Shown one piece after another: positions 1 to 8,131 of a DNA stretch of 32,000 nucleotides. Each line of letters starts with the position of its first letter. Position 1 is the stretch's first letter. The stretch is from assembly GCF_007748075.1 (NCBI RefSeq), contig NZ_CP036280.1:3454542-3486541 (forward strand). Direction: 5' to 3'. The translations under genes were made by a program, and so were the position numbers. The stretch comes from Mucisphaera calidilacus. GTDB lineage: Bacteria > Planctomycetota > Phycisphaerae > Phycisphaerales > Phycisphaeraceae. Below the pieces are notes generated by a model, which was not told where the DNA came from, ran no database searches, and saw only the letters and a program-made list of their open reading frames with translations.

Positions 1-438
1 GACCAGAATTCTGACGTTCTGGAGATCGCTTAGGTGTTGTTCGATGAGCGGTCGCACGTCGGCCCAATCGAGTTTGCCGTTGCCACTGCCAAGCGGTGGG
101 ATACCAATGGATTTGATGTTCAGGTCGAGGATGACTTGGCGCAGGTCGGCAAGCCCCTGATCAATCCATTCGATTTTTGAGGGTGGACGCCAGTGTTTCT
201 TAGTCGGGAAGTGAATCACCCACTTTGGGTTGTGTAGTTGTCCGGTTTGCGTGACGAACATCTTGCCCGTTAGAACCTCGTTGCGGTCGCAGGCCGTCTT
301 GTAGGCGTTGAAGATGTCGGGGAATCTGTCCTTAAACATCAGGGCGATGCCCTTGCCCATGACGCCGACGGTGTTGACGGTGTTGACAAGTGCCTCGGTG
401 TCGGCTTCCAGCAGATTGCCTGAGGTGTAGTGAATCAT
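1..438 (-). CDS. darG: DarG antitoxin, N-terminal macrodomain (partial; 3' end runs off the left window edge)
   Basis: Own translation of the minus strand from ATG (438..436): [136 protein letters not shown]... I checked codon by codon that the frame stays open to nt 1, which is why it is absent from the ORF track. Macrodomain hallmarks are present (NxVNxxGVMGKG, IPPLGxGxG). It starts 1 nt after the darT stop. Confidence 0.85.
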   Translation of the reverse strand, partial: MIHYTSGNLLEADTEALVNTVNTVGVMGKGIALMFKDRFPDIFNAYKTACDRNEVLTGKMFVTQTGQLHNPKWVIHFPTKKHWRPPSKIEWIDQGLADLRQVILDLNIKSIGIPPLGSGNGKLDWADVRPLIEQHLSDLQNVRILV

Positions 439-439
439 G

Positions 440-1108
440 TCAGAAGTACCATGATGGCAATGTTTTAACGGCTAGATTCAAGCTGGCGTTTGCGGTGTCG
501 TTTGCAATCTGTTCGGTGGTTGACTCATTGTAGCACGCAATACCGAGTAGGGCATCGATGGGTACGTGGCGGTATGCGAGCGCTTCGGCCTGATAGCGGT
601 TGAATTTCTCAGGGCGTTCTGGGTCTCGTCTGAAGTCTTTTGCCTGAAGCAGTGGCCAATCGATCTTGTCGAGATCATCGACAGAGTTGTAGCAGGTGCT
701 TTCCTGCATGTATGCGTGGCCGTCGTAGAAGACGAAGGGGATTTTGAGCTCGGCTAATCGGTGCACGGAAGAGGTGAGGATCACGATCTCGTGATTCGGA
801 CGCTGGATTACGCCATGGTATCCGGTTTTGATGTTGTACATCATGACTGAGTAAGGCGTGAAATAGAACGGTATGTAGTCTGCGAGCGTCCCCCTCGGTT
901 CGGCTTCTACCGTGTGGCTTGACCGTTTGAGGATTAACTCCTGACTGCCGATGGGCACGAAGTTCAAATCTTGCTTTGGGCTATTCATGCAGTGCAGACC
1001 GTTATCCAGAAGCCATGGCACGTTATTGACGTGCGTAATGCGAAATATTCTCCCATCTTTTGCGTTCAGGCCTGCCATTTCAGTTCGGCACCATCTCGCT
1101 TCCAGCAT
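440..1108 (-). CDS. darT: DarT ssDNA ADP-ribosyltransferase toxin (DUF4433 family)
   Basis: ORF-track protein ...[18 protein letters not shown]...[18 protein letters not shown]...[12 protein letters not shown]...[14 protein letters not shown]...SWYF. It is collinear with characterised DarT (IYHITHxxNL start, YVPFYF, catalytic-Glu context KQAEFLV, C-terminal WYY). An alternative start is the ATG at 1078 (MAGLNAK...). It sits immediately upstream of darG. Confidence 0.85.
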   Translation of the reverse strand: MLEARWCRTEMAGLNAKDGRIFRITHVNNVPWLLDNGLHCMNSPKQDLNFVPIGSQELILKRSSHTVEAEPRGTLADYIPFYFTPYSVMMYNIKTGYHGVIQRPNHEIVILTSSVHRLAELKIPFVFYDGHAYMQESTCYNSVDDLDKIDWPLLQAKDFRRDPERPEKFNRYQAEALAYRHVPIDALLGIACYNESTTEQIANDTANASLNLAVKTLPSWYF

Positions 1109-1310
1109 GTGGTTGTCCCCGGCGGTAAGGGTGTTTTGTAGCGGTCTGTGGCAGATACCGCAATGGAGCTTTGCGGGAAGGAGCTCTCGGCTGATGTCTG
1201 TGTGAAGTGTGCTGTGATCGGATGCGGTAGTCCTTCGACTCGGCTCAGGATCTTGCCCCTTCGGCCTTGCTCAGGATCAGGCTTGTCGCGAGGAGGCGGG
1301 CGGTGGTGTG

Positions 1311-1808
1311 TCAGTTGTTGGCGGGGGGGTCGAGTTCGGAGGTGATTCGGTTGGCGTAGATGCCGGGTGAGGAGCCGGGGATTTCGGTGGCGTTGCAGGC
1401 GCGTGCGTAGAAGTCGGCGGGTCCGACGCCTCCGATGATGCCGTAGGCGTAGCCTTCGTGCCAGAGTGCCCAGAGTGCGGCGAGGAGGAGGGCTTTGCCG
1501 ACGCCTTTGCCGCGGGCGGTGTCGGCGACGCCTGTGGGCCCGAAGTAGCCTTTGCGGGTGACGTCGTAGCAGGCGAAGCCGATGATCTGTTCGTTTTCGA
1601 CGGCGATGAAGCAGCTGACGGGTGTGTTGGAGAAGGCGGCGTTGCACTCGTCGGCCCAGGCGGGCTGGAACTCGTCGTTGGCGAATCGGAGGAGGTGTCG
1701 TCGTTCGTGGGCGCTGATGCGTCGGATGACGATGCCCTGGTCTGCGAGGTTGCGGATCAGCTCGCGGTGATCGGGCAGTTCGTAGAGTTTGACGAGCATG
1801 TCGGGCAT
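1311..1808 (-). CDS. GNAT family N-acetyltransferase
   Basis: C-terminal 165 aa of ORF 1311..2510, starting at ATG 1808 (MPDMLVKLYEL...). It carries an acetyl-CoA-binding motif (ARGKGVGKALLLAAL). The upstream part of the long ORF is R/P/H-rich read-through and is not coding. Confidence 0.8.
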   Translation of the reverse strand: MPDMLVKLYELPDHRELIRNLADQGIVIRRISAHERRHLLRFANDEFQPAWADECNAAFSNTPVSCFIAVENEQIIGFACYDVTRKGYFGPTGVADTARGKGVGKALLLAALWALWHEGYAYGIIGGVGPADFYARACNATEIPGSSPGIYANRITSELDPPANN

Positions 1809-1870
1809 GGTGTGCGTCGGGGGGTTGGGGGTGTTGTTGGGCCCGAGGCCTGTGCCTCGGGCTCGCGGGA

Positions 1871-3430
1871 TTATTGGGGGAGTTCGAGGATGACCTTGTC
1901 GCTGGCGATGCCGAGTTCGTCGACGACGAAGGTGACGACGGCCTCGACGCCGAGGTTGGGGATGTCGGTCATGTCCTTGTCGGTGGCGGGCATGTTGGCG
2001 AGGCCCATGCGTGAGATGGCGGGGAGGATGGTGTTTTCCCAGTTGCCGTCGCGTTTGACCTGGATGACCCACCAGCGAGCGTTTTCGAGGGATCGGTGTC
2101 CTGCGACGACGCGGATGCCGTCGTCGGCGATGATGTTGACGGTGGCGGTAGGAGCCTGGGGTTGTGTGCCGTCGGAGAGCCACGGGCTGGCGGGGACGAG
2201 TGCGGGTTTGGCGTAGACGGTGTTGGCGAGGTTTTCGCGGAGTTCGGGGTTTTTGGTGACGGACTTGGCGGAGAAGTGGACGTGTCCGTCGGCGCCCTCG
2301 ATGTGCCGGATCCACTGGATCTGGTAGTTGATTTCGTTCTCGTCGAACTGGTTGCCGGTGCGGTAGGTTCCGAGTCCGGGCCAGAGGTTTCGTCCGGTGG
2401 GGTTCTGCTCGGACCACCAGTTCAGGAGTGCGACGAAGCTCTGCTGGGGTTTGGCGATTTCCCAGTAGAGTTGGGGCGTGTAGTAGTCGACCCAGCCTTC
2501 GACGAGCCACTTGCGTGCGTCGGCGTAGAGTCCTTCGTACTGGTTGAAGCCCTGGATCTGTTCGGGATGACCGGGTTTCCAGATGCCGAAGGGGCTGATG
2601 CCGAAGCGGACCTTGGGGGATTGCTCTTTGAGTTGTGTGTAGAAGCGTTGGATGAAGTCGTCGACGGCGGCGCGTCGGAAGTCGCTGATGCCGAGGGTTC
2701 CGCCTGCGTCGGTGTAGGCCTTGTAGGTTTGGGCGTCGGGGAAGTCGACGATCTGGCCGTCGTCGCCTCGGACCTGGTAGGGGTAGAAGTAGTCGTCGAT
2801 GTGGATGCCATCGACGTCGTAGCGTTTGGCGACGTCGAGGAAGACGTCGAGCGAGCGTTGTTTAACTTTTTCTTCGGCGGGGTTCATCCAGCGGTAGACG
2901 CCATACTGCGGGACGATGTCGGGGTCGGTGACGGCGATGTGGTCGTCGGTGAGGGGTGATTTCTGGTTGGGGTGGAGGGCTCGGTAGGGGTTGAACCATG
3001 CGTGGAGTTCGAGTCCGCGTTTGTGGGCTTCGGCGCAGGCGAACTTGAGGGGGTCGTAGTAGGGTTCGGGTGCTTTGCCCTGTTCGCCTGTGAGGTAGTG
3101 CGACCAGGGTTCGAGGGGTGAGTCGTAGAGCGCGTCGGCGTGGGGTCGCACCTGGAAGACGACGGCGTTCATGTTGAGTGCGGCGAATTCGTCGAGGTAT
3201 TCGATGAGTTCGGCTTTTTGTTGTTCGACGGGGAGGCCGGGTTTTGAGGGCCAGTCGATGTTGGCGACGGTGGCGATCCAGGCGGCGCGGAATTCGCGGG
3301 GCACTTCGGGGACGCCGAGTTCTTTGAGCGCGGCGTCGTGGGTGCTGAGTTCGTCGGTCGGCGCGGTGGAGCAGCCGAGCGGGAGTGCGGCGATGAGGGT
3401 GAGGGCGAGGAGGGTGGCGAGGTGTCGCAT
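1871..3430 (-). CDS. Glycoside-hydrolase-like GHL10 (former DUF187, YngK-like) lipoprotein
   Basis: Start chosen at ATG 3430 (MRHLATLLALTLIAALPLGCS: signal peptide plus lipobox LPLGC). REFRAAWIATVANIDWPS, NAVVFQVRP and HAWFNP are typical of GHL10 TIM-barrel proteins. A GAGG-like RBS lies upstream. Confidence 0.8.
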   Translation of the reverse strand: MRHLATLLALTLIAALPLGCSTAPTDELSTHDAALKELGVPEVPREFRAAWIATVANIDWPSKPGLPVEQQKAELIEYLDEFAALNMNAVVFQVRPHADALYDSPLEPWSHYLTGEQGKAPEPYYDPLKFACAEAHKRGLELHAWFNPYRALHPNQKSPLTDDHIAVTDPDIVPQYGVYRWMNPAEEKVKQRSLDVFLDVAKRYDVDGIHIDDYFYPYQVRGDDGQIVDFPDAQTYKAYTDAGGTLGISDFRRAAVDDFIQRFYTQLKEQSPKVRFGISPFGIWKPGHPEQIQGFNQYEGLYADARKWLVEGWVDYYTPQLYWEIAKPQQSFVALLNWWSEQNPTGRNLWPGLGTYRTGNQFDENEINYQIQWIRHIEGADGHVHFSAKSVTKNPELRENLANTVYAKPALVPASPWLSDGTQPQAPTATVNIIADDGIRVVAGHRSLENARWWVIQVKRDGNWENTILPAISRMGLANMPATDKDMTDIPNLGVEAVVTFVVDELGIASDKVILELPQ

Positions 3431-3555
3431 GGAGAGTTCCTCTGATTGTTTCAGAACCGATAGAAGAACCATAAGAATACCAGAGAGGCCGTCGGGTGTG
3501 TCGGCGTGTGGTTCGACAAGGGGGGTTGGGGTGTCCATGATGGCGGCTGGAGTTT

Positions 3556-4929
3556 GTGATGCTGGAATACATCGCGGGTTTTCGGCCATCGGCTCAGCCG
3601 CTGATGACGCGGCCGACGTACGAGCGTGAGTTGTGGACGGCGATGGCGATGCCGATCGCGGTGTCGATGGTCGAGGGCGGCGTGGTGGGGATTCTGGCGA
3701 AGAAGGCTTTTGATGTTTCGCCGATCGTTTTCGCGGCGATCCAGGCGGCGCCGATGTTCGCGAACGTGACGAGTCTGGGTTGGGCGATGCTGGCGCGGGG
3801 CAGGCCGAAGGTGCCGTTCATCACGGGGATGATGGTGGTGGTGCTGTTGTGCGTGGCGGGGATCGCGTTGTTGCCGACGGGTGGCGTGTTGGGTTCGTGG
3901 TTGCTGGCGTTGCTGGTGATCGCGTCTCGGTGTCTGCTGGCGGGTGTGGTGACGCTCCGGAGCGTGGTGTGGCGGAACAATTATCCGCGTCACGTTCGGG
4001 CGCAGATCACGGGTCGTTTGTCGCTGGTGGTGAGTCTGGTGGTGGCGGTGGCGCCGGTGGTGGGGTACGGCTTTCTGGATCGCGGGCCGGAGAACTTCCG
4101 GATTCTGTATCCGGTGGCGGCGTTGCTGGCGGTGGTGGGTGTGGTGTCGTTTTCGCGGGTGCGTTTGCGTCAGGAGGCGAGTCTGCTGGCGTACGAGAAT
4201 CGGTCTGATGTGGAGCCGGTGCCGAAGGGTGAGACGGGCGCGGTGTATGAGTATGAGGCGTTGCCACGGGACACGTTCTGGTCGGTGTTGCGGAAGGACG
4301 GTGCGTTTCGGACGTACATGTTCTGGCAGTTCATCGCGGGGATGTCGATGATGTCGGGCGAGACGGTGGTGGTGTACGTGATTGCGGAGCAGACGGCGGG
4401 CTGGTCGTATGAGTATCTGCTGTCGGTGTTGTTGTCGACGTCGGTGCCGATGCTGGTGGCGGTGGCGTTGATGCCGACGTGGGCGCGTTATCTGGATCGG
4501 GTGCACATCGCGAAGTTCCGGACGCGTCAGGGCTGGTTCTGGGCGTTGGCTCAGGGATTGAATCTGATGGGCGCGTTGCTGGGTTCGTTGTCGCTGATCG
4601 GTTTGGCGCGTGCGGTGATCGGGATGGTTCGTGCGGGTGGGATGCTGGCGTGGAACCTGGGTCACAATGATTTTGCGGACCGTCGGCTGGTGTCGATTTA
4701 CATGGGGATCCACGTGACGCTGACGGGTGTGCGTGGCGCGATTGCGCCGTTCCTGGGGATTCTGCTTTATGCGGGGTGGTCGGAGCGTGATTTGGGGGGT
4801 GGCGTGGTGCTGCCGGGGTTCGAGGGATTGGGGAGTTGGTTTTTTGCGGTGTCGTTGGGATTGGCGGTGCTGGCGTGGGCGGGTTTTGCCCGGATGGCGC
4901 GGGAGGCTGAGTCGGTGGCGGGGTCATGA
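3556..4929 (+). CDS. Polytopic membrane transporter, MFS-like
   Basis: 457-aa ORF with about 12 hydrophobic segments in two halves split by a charged central loop (RLRQEASLLAYENRSDVEPVPKGE). G/T-ending codons match the other + strand genes. The start is uncertain (GTG 3556 or ATG 3559). The family call is inferred from topology only. Confidence 0.55.
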   Translation: MMLEYIAGFRPSAQPLMTRPTYERELWTAMAMPIAVSMVEGGVVGILAKKAFDVSPIVFAAIQAAPMFANVTSLGWAMLARGRPKVPFITGMMVVVLLCVAGIALLPTGGVLGSWLLALLVIASRCLLAGVVTLRSVVWRNNYPRHVRAQITGRLSLVVSLVVAVAPVVGYGFLDRGPENFRILYPVAALLAVVGVVSFSRVRLRQEASLLAYENRSDVEPVPKGETGAVYEYEALPRDTFWSVLRKDGAFRTYMFWQFIAGMSMMSGETVVVYVIAEQTAGWSYEYLLSVLLSTSVPMLVAVALMPTWARYLDRVHIAKFRTRQGWFWALAQGLNLMGALLGSLSLIGLARAVIGMVRAGGMLAWNLGHNDFADRRLVSIYMGIHVTLTGVRGAIAPFLGILLYAGWSERDLGGGVVLPGFEGLGSWFFAVSLGLAVLAWAGFARMAREAESVAGS

Positions 4930-5550
4930 GGGGTTGATGGCGAGGTGGGCGAGGAATTCGAGGTTGTTGCCCTTGCCGCCTCGGACGGGTGAGGGGATGA
5001 GGTCTTTGAGTTGGATCTGGTCGTTGGCGAGCGTTTCTGCGACGTCGTGGCTGATGCGTTGGGCTTCGGCGTCGGAGAGTTGGTGTTGTCCGGATTCGTA
5101 GTGGGGTTTGATGAGGGGGATGATGGTGGTGGGCTGGTCGTGTCGCAACCATTGGAGCGCGGCGGGGAGGGCTTTGTTGAGTTTGGTCCAGCCGAGGTCG
5201 ATGGTGACGAGGTGCACGCCTTGGAAGTCGTCGAAGAGCTTGGCGGTTTTGGGTCGGTGGTGGGGTCCGTTGGGGTCGAGGTGGAGCGCGTTTTGTCGTT
5301 CGAGGGTGATGACGTTGGGGTGTTGTCGGAGTTTCCAGGCGAGTTCGCCATAGGCGGTATCGACGGCGTAGACGCGTGCGGCTTGGCGTTGGATGAGGCA
5401 GTCGGTGAATCCGCCGGTGGAGCAGCCGAGGTCGGCGCAGGCGAGTCCGGCGACGTCGATGTTGAAGGCGGTGAGGGCGGCTTCGAGTTTGGCGCCGGCG
5501 CGGGAGACGAATCCGCCGGAGGATTCTGAAGGGGTGGATTCGCTGGTCAT
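4924..5550 (-). CDS. tlyA: TlyA-family (FtsJ-like) rRNA 2'-O-methyltransferase domain without the N-terminal S4 domain
   Basis: FVSRAGAKLEAALTAFNIDVAGLACADLGCSTGGFTDCLIQRQAARVYAVDTAYGELAWKLRQHPNVITLERQNA matches the TlyA core (SRGGxKL...DxGxSTGGFTD...VYAVDVGxxQLAWKLR). At 208 aa it is too short to hold an S4 domain. Confidence 0.7.
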   Translation of the reverse strand: MTSESTPSESSGGFVSRAGAKLEAALTAFNIDVAGLACADLGCSTGGFTDCLIQRQAARVYAVDTAYGELAWKLRQHPNVITLERQNALHLDPNGPHHRPKTAKLFDDFQGVHLVTIDLGWTKLNKALPAALQWLRHDQPTTIIPLIKPHYESGQHQLSDAEAQRISHDVAETLANDQIQLKDLIPSPVRGGKGNNLEFLAHLAINPS

Positions 5551-5559
5551 GCCTTTATC

Positions 5560-6102
5560 ATGGTAGGGATGATGCAGCGGATTTGTGTGGTTGGGCCTTG
5601 CGGGTCAGGCAAGAGTTGGCTGGCGTCTCGTCTGGGCGAGCGTCTGGGTTTGCCGGTGGTGCACATGGATCGGCTGTACTGGAAGCCGGGTTGGGTGGAG
5701 GGGACGCAGGAGGAGCTTCGTGCGAAGCTGGAGGAGGTGGTGGCGGGGGAGCGTTGGGTGATTGACGGGAATTATGCGGGGACGCTTGGGATGCGGCTGG
5801 CGCGAGCGGACGCGGTGGTGTGGCTGGACTACGGGAGGTGGGTGTATCGGCGGCGGTTGTTGTGGCGTCAGGTGGCGGGTCGTTTTCGGGGTCGGCCGGA
5901 CATGGCGGAGGGGTGTCGGGAGACGTTTGATCCGGAGTTCTTGAGGTACGCGTGGGATTTCGAGAAGACGGGTGGTGTTGCGCTGCGTGAGGCGTTGGCG
6001 GGTGTTCCGGCGGGTGTTGAGGTGTTGCGTTTTCGTCGGCCGGGTGAGGCGGCGGGGTGGTTGGGGGAGGGTCAGAAGTTCAGGCCGGCGCCGAGGGCGT
6101 AG
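5560..6102 (+). CDS. P-loop NTPase, adenylate-kinase-like / topology-modulation (FlaR-like) family
   Basis: Walker A motif VVGPCGSGKS near the N-terminus, followed by HMDRLYWKPGW and VIDGNY, typical of this small kinase-like family. The 3' end overlaps the convergent OMP gene by 31 nt. Confidence 0.65.
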   Translation: MVGMMQRICVVGPCGSGKSWLASRLGERLGLPVVHMDRLYWKPGWVEGTQEELRAKLEEVVAGERWVIDGNYAGTLGMRLARADAVVWLDYGRWVYRRRLLWRQVAGRFRGRPDMAEGCRETFDPEFLRYAWDFEKTGGVALREALAGVPAGVEVLRFRRPGEAAGWLGEGQKFRPAPRA

Positions 6103-7055
6103 CCTTGGGCGTTGTCGCCGATGAGATAGGCGGCGGTGACGGAGATTCCTGCGTTGAGCGGGAGGATGTCGCGGAGTTCGAGTCCGGTGCCGATCTGGGC
6201 GTAGTTGGTGACGCCGAAGAGTTGTCCTTCGATGAAGTTGCGGTATCCGACGAAGGTTCGCCAGCGCAGCGGCTGGTTGAGGAGGTCGATGCCTGTGGGT
6301 CCGGTGAGGTCGGTGCGTAGTGTGAGGATCTGGATTCGGTTGGTGACGTCCTGCGCGGGGTCGTCGGCGGTGAGGGTATCGGTGAATCGCAGGTCGTAGC
6401 GGGCACGACATCGTAGTTCGAGATCGTTTTCGAACGCGTGGTTGTAGTCGAGGCGTGTGGCGACGCCGAGTCCGGCCGAGATTGCGTTCCAGTTGAAGGC
6501 GACGCCGTCGGCGATGGCGGCGGTGACGTTGCGGCCGGGTCCTGAGTAGGTGGTTCGGTTTTCGAGGTAGGCGAGGTTGGCGTTGGCGATGAGGGCGAGT
6601 CGGAGTTCGGGGAGGATTTCGAATTCGGGTCCTGCTCCGACGATGGCGCCGAGTGTGGACCATTTGGTTTCGACGCCTGTGGCGAGCGCTGGTGCGGCGC
6701 CCTCGTAGATGTCTGAGAAGCTTTGTGTTGCGGAGGCGTAGCCTACGGCGGCTTCGACGTAGAGGTGAGGAGCGTCCTGGCCAAAGAGGGGGAAGCTGCG
6801 TGCGAAGGGTATGGAGAAGGCGGAGATTCGGGTGTCGCTGTCGTCGTTGATCCAGAGTTGTGTGCCGGTGAGTTCGAGTTCGTCGGAGAGGAGGATCAAG
6901 CCGCTGAAGGTCGTGGTGAATTCGGTGTCGGCGAGTCCGTCGGAGAGTTGAGCCCGTATCTCGTTGAGTGTTTGAGCGTGGGTGGTGGGGGTGGCCAGCA
7001 GTGCTGCTGCGGCTGTGATGATCGCCGGGTAAAGGGGGGTGCGTATGGTGCGCAT
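6072..7055 (-). CDS. Outer-membrane beta-barrel protein (autotransporter-beta-domain-like), secreted
   Basis: Start at ATG 7055 (MRTIRTPLYPAIITAAAALLATPTTHAQ, a signal peptide). Alternating amphipathic beta-strand pattern and the C-terminal ...GYALGAGLNF with a terminal Phe. I counted 327 aa. The rest of ORF 6072..7577 is read-through. Confidence 0.7.
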   Translation of the reverse strand: MRTIRTPLYPAIITAAAALLATPTTHAQTLNEIRAQLSDGLADTEFTTTFSGLILLSDELELTGTQLWINDDSDTRISAFSIPFARSFPLFGQDAPHLYVEAAVGYASATQSFSDIYEGAAPALATGVETKWSTLGAIVGAGPEFEILPELRLALIANANLAYLENRTTYSGPGRNVTAAIADGVAFNWNAISAGLGVATRLDYNHAFENDLELRCRARYDLRFTDTLTADDPAQDVTNRIQILTLRTDLTGPTGIDLLNQPLRWRTFVGYRNFIEGQLFGVTNYAQIGTGLELRDILPLNAGISVTAAYLIGDNAQGYALGAGLNF

Positions 7056-7124
7056 GTTCGATTTTAGGGGGATGGGGGAGATTAACGACAACGTTCGGGG
7101 TATTGGCCGTGTCAGCCGGGCATG

Positions 7125-7149
7125 AAAAAACCCCGCGGGGGCGGGGTTT
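7125..7149 (-). terminator. Rho-independent terminator downstream of iscA
   Basis: Minus strand reads aaaCCCCGC-cccc-GCGGGGtttttt. The stem is 7131-7136 / 7141-7146 with a 4-nt loop, flanked by AAA/TTT extensions and followed by a T-run. It lies 70 nt after the iscA stop. Confidence 0.7.
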
Positions 7150-7218
7150 GGCGAGGTGGTTGGGAGGGCACCATGAGCACGGACCTGCAGGAAAAGGTCC
7201 GTGGCACCGTGTTGTGGC

Positions 7219-7551
7219 TTAGGCGGAGAAAGAGGATCCGCAGCCGCAGGAGGAGGTGGCGTTGGGGTTGTTGAAGACGAAGCCACGTCCCATGACTTCG
7301 TCTTTGAAGTCGATGGAGACGCCGTTGAGGTAGAGGTAGGACTTGGGGTCGCAGACGACCTTGATGCCGTGCTGGTCGAACTCTTCGTCGGCGTCGCGAG
7401 CGGTTTCGGTGAGGTCGAGGAGGTAGGAGAAGCCGGAGCAGCCGCCACCCTTGACGCCGACGCGGAGGCGGACCTTCTGGCGGTCGAGTTCCTGCTGGTC
7501 GATGATGGTGCTGATCTCGCGTGCGGCGGTTTCGCTGATGGTGATGCCCAT
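7219..7551 (-). CDS. iscA: Fe-S cluster assembly/insertion A-type carrier (IscA/ErpA, HesB family)
   Basis: 110 aa. RVGVKGGGCSGFSY ... C-terminal SSCGCGSSF gives the three conserved Cys of A-type carriers. It is the last gene of the isc cluster. Confidence 0.9.
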   Translation of the reverse strand: MGITISETAAREISTIIDQQELDRQKVRLRVGVKGGGCSGFSYLLDLTETARDADEEFDQHGIKVVCDPKSYLYLNGVSIDFKDEVMGRGFVFNNPNATSSCGCGSSFSA

Positions 7552-7573
7552 GGGCGTTGGTCCTTACAAAGGG

Positions 7574-7588
7574 GCACCGCGGGGGTGC
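7574..7588 (-). other. Short GC stem-loop in the iscU-iscA intergenic spacer
   Basis: gcacc-gcggg-ggtgc (5-bp stem, 5-nt loop). On the + strand it is followed by tgttttt, and on the minus strand by cccttt. Function unknown. Confidence 0.3.
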
Positions 7589-7677
7589 TGTTTTTGAGAT
7601 TGAGAATAGTTACCGGTTCGTCGGACGGTGATTATAGCGACTGCGAACGCGGGTCAACAAGGGGTTGGGTGGGTGTT

Positions 7678-8076
7678 TCAGTCGTCGTGTTCGAGGCCGT
7701 TTTTGTGCTCGTAGTCGTGGATGGCGGCCTTGATGGCGTCTTCGGCGAGGACGGAGCAGTGGATTTTCACGGGCGGGAGGGAGAGTTCCTCGACGATCTG
7801 CGTGTTTTTGATGTCCTCGGCCTCGTGGATGGTTTTGCCTTTGAGCCACTCGGTGGCGAGTGAGGAGGAGGCGATGGCGGACCCGCAGCCGAAGGTCTTG
7901 AACTTGGCGTCTTCGATGACGCCTGTGTCGGGGTTGACCTGGATCTGGAGTCGCATGACGTCGCCACACTCGGGGGCGCCGACGACGCCTGTGCCGACGG
8001 TGGTGGCGTCCTTGTCGAGTGTCCCGACGTTGCGTGGGTTTTCGTAGTGGTCGATGACTTTTCCGCTGTATGCCAT
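7678..8076 (-). CDS. iscU: Fe-S cluster assembly scaffold IscU
   Basis: MAYSGKVIDHYENPRNVG...GAPECGDVMRLQI...FKTFGCGSAIASSS...LPPVKIHCSVLAEDAIKAAI. All canonical IscU motifs and the three Cys are present. Confidence 0.95.
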   Translation of the reverse strand: MAYSGKVIDHYENPRNVGTLDKDATTVGTGVVGAPECGDVMRLQIQVNPDTGVIEDAKFKTFGCGSAIASSSLATEWLKGKTIHEAEDIKNTQIVEELSLPPVKIHCSVLAEDAIKAAIHDYEHKNGLEHDD

Positions 8077-8131
8077 GGTTGGTTTCCTCAGTCTGTGTTT
8101 AATCGGTTTCGGTGGTTTTGTATTCCGCGGG

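Noticed and set aside
1243-1278. 10-bp direct repeat GCTCAGGATC (1243-1252 and 1269-1278) as possible attachment-site or insertion scars of the DarTG patch.
   Set aside because: Both copies lie on the same side of the module only 26 bp apart, so they are not flanking repeats. They are too short to interpret without the left flank. This may be a regulator site or chance.
1809-2510. Long N-terminal extensions of real genes in the ORF track: 1311-2510, 6072-7577, 9349-10629, 20385-21473, 27043-28101 and 1871-3589.
   Set aside because: The extensions are R/P/H-rich read-through overlapping upstream genes. The internal ATGs I chose give canonical N-termini (signal peptides, P-loops, wHTH) and 4-nt coupling overlaps.
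3451-4713. 420-aa minus-strand ORF antisense to the MFS gene. Similar cases are 5605-6663(-), 4331-5152(-), 16987-17850(-) and 29526-30428(-).
   Set aside because: Same R/P/H/T-rich composition and no domain signatures. Each overlaps a gene with a clear family assignment or membrane topology on the other strand.
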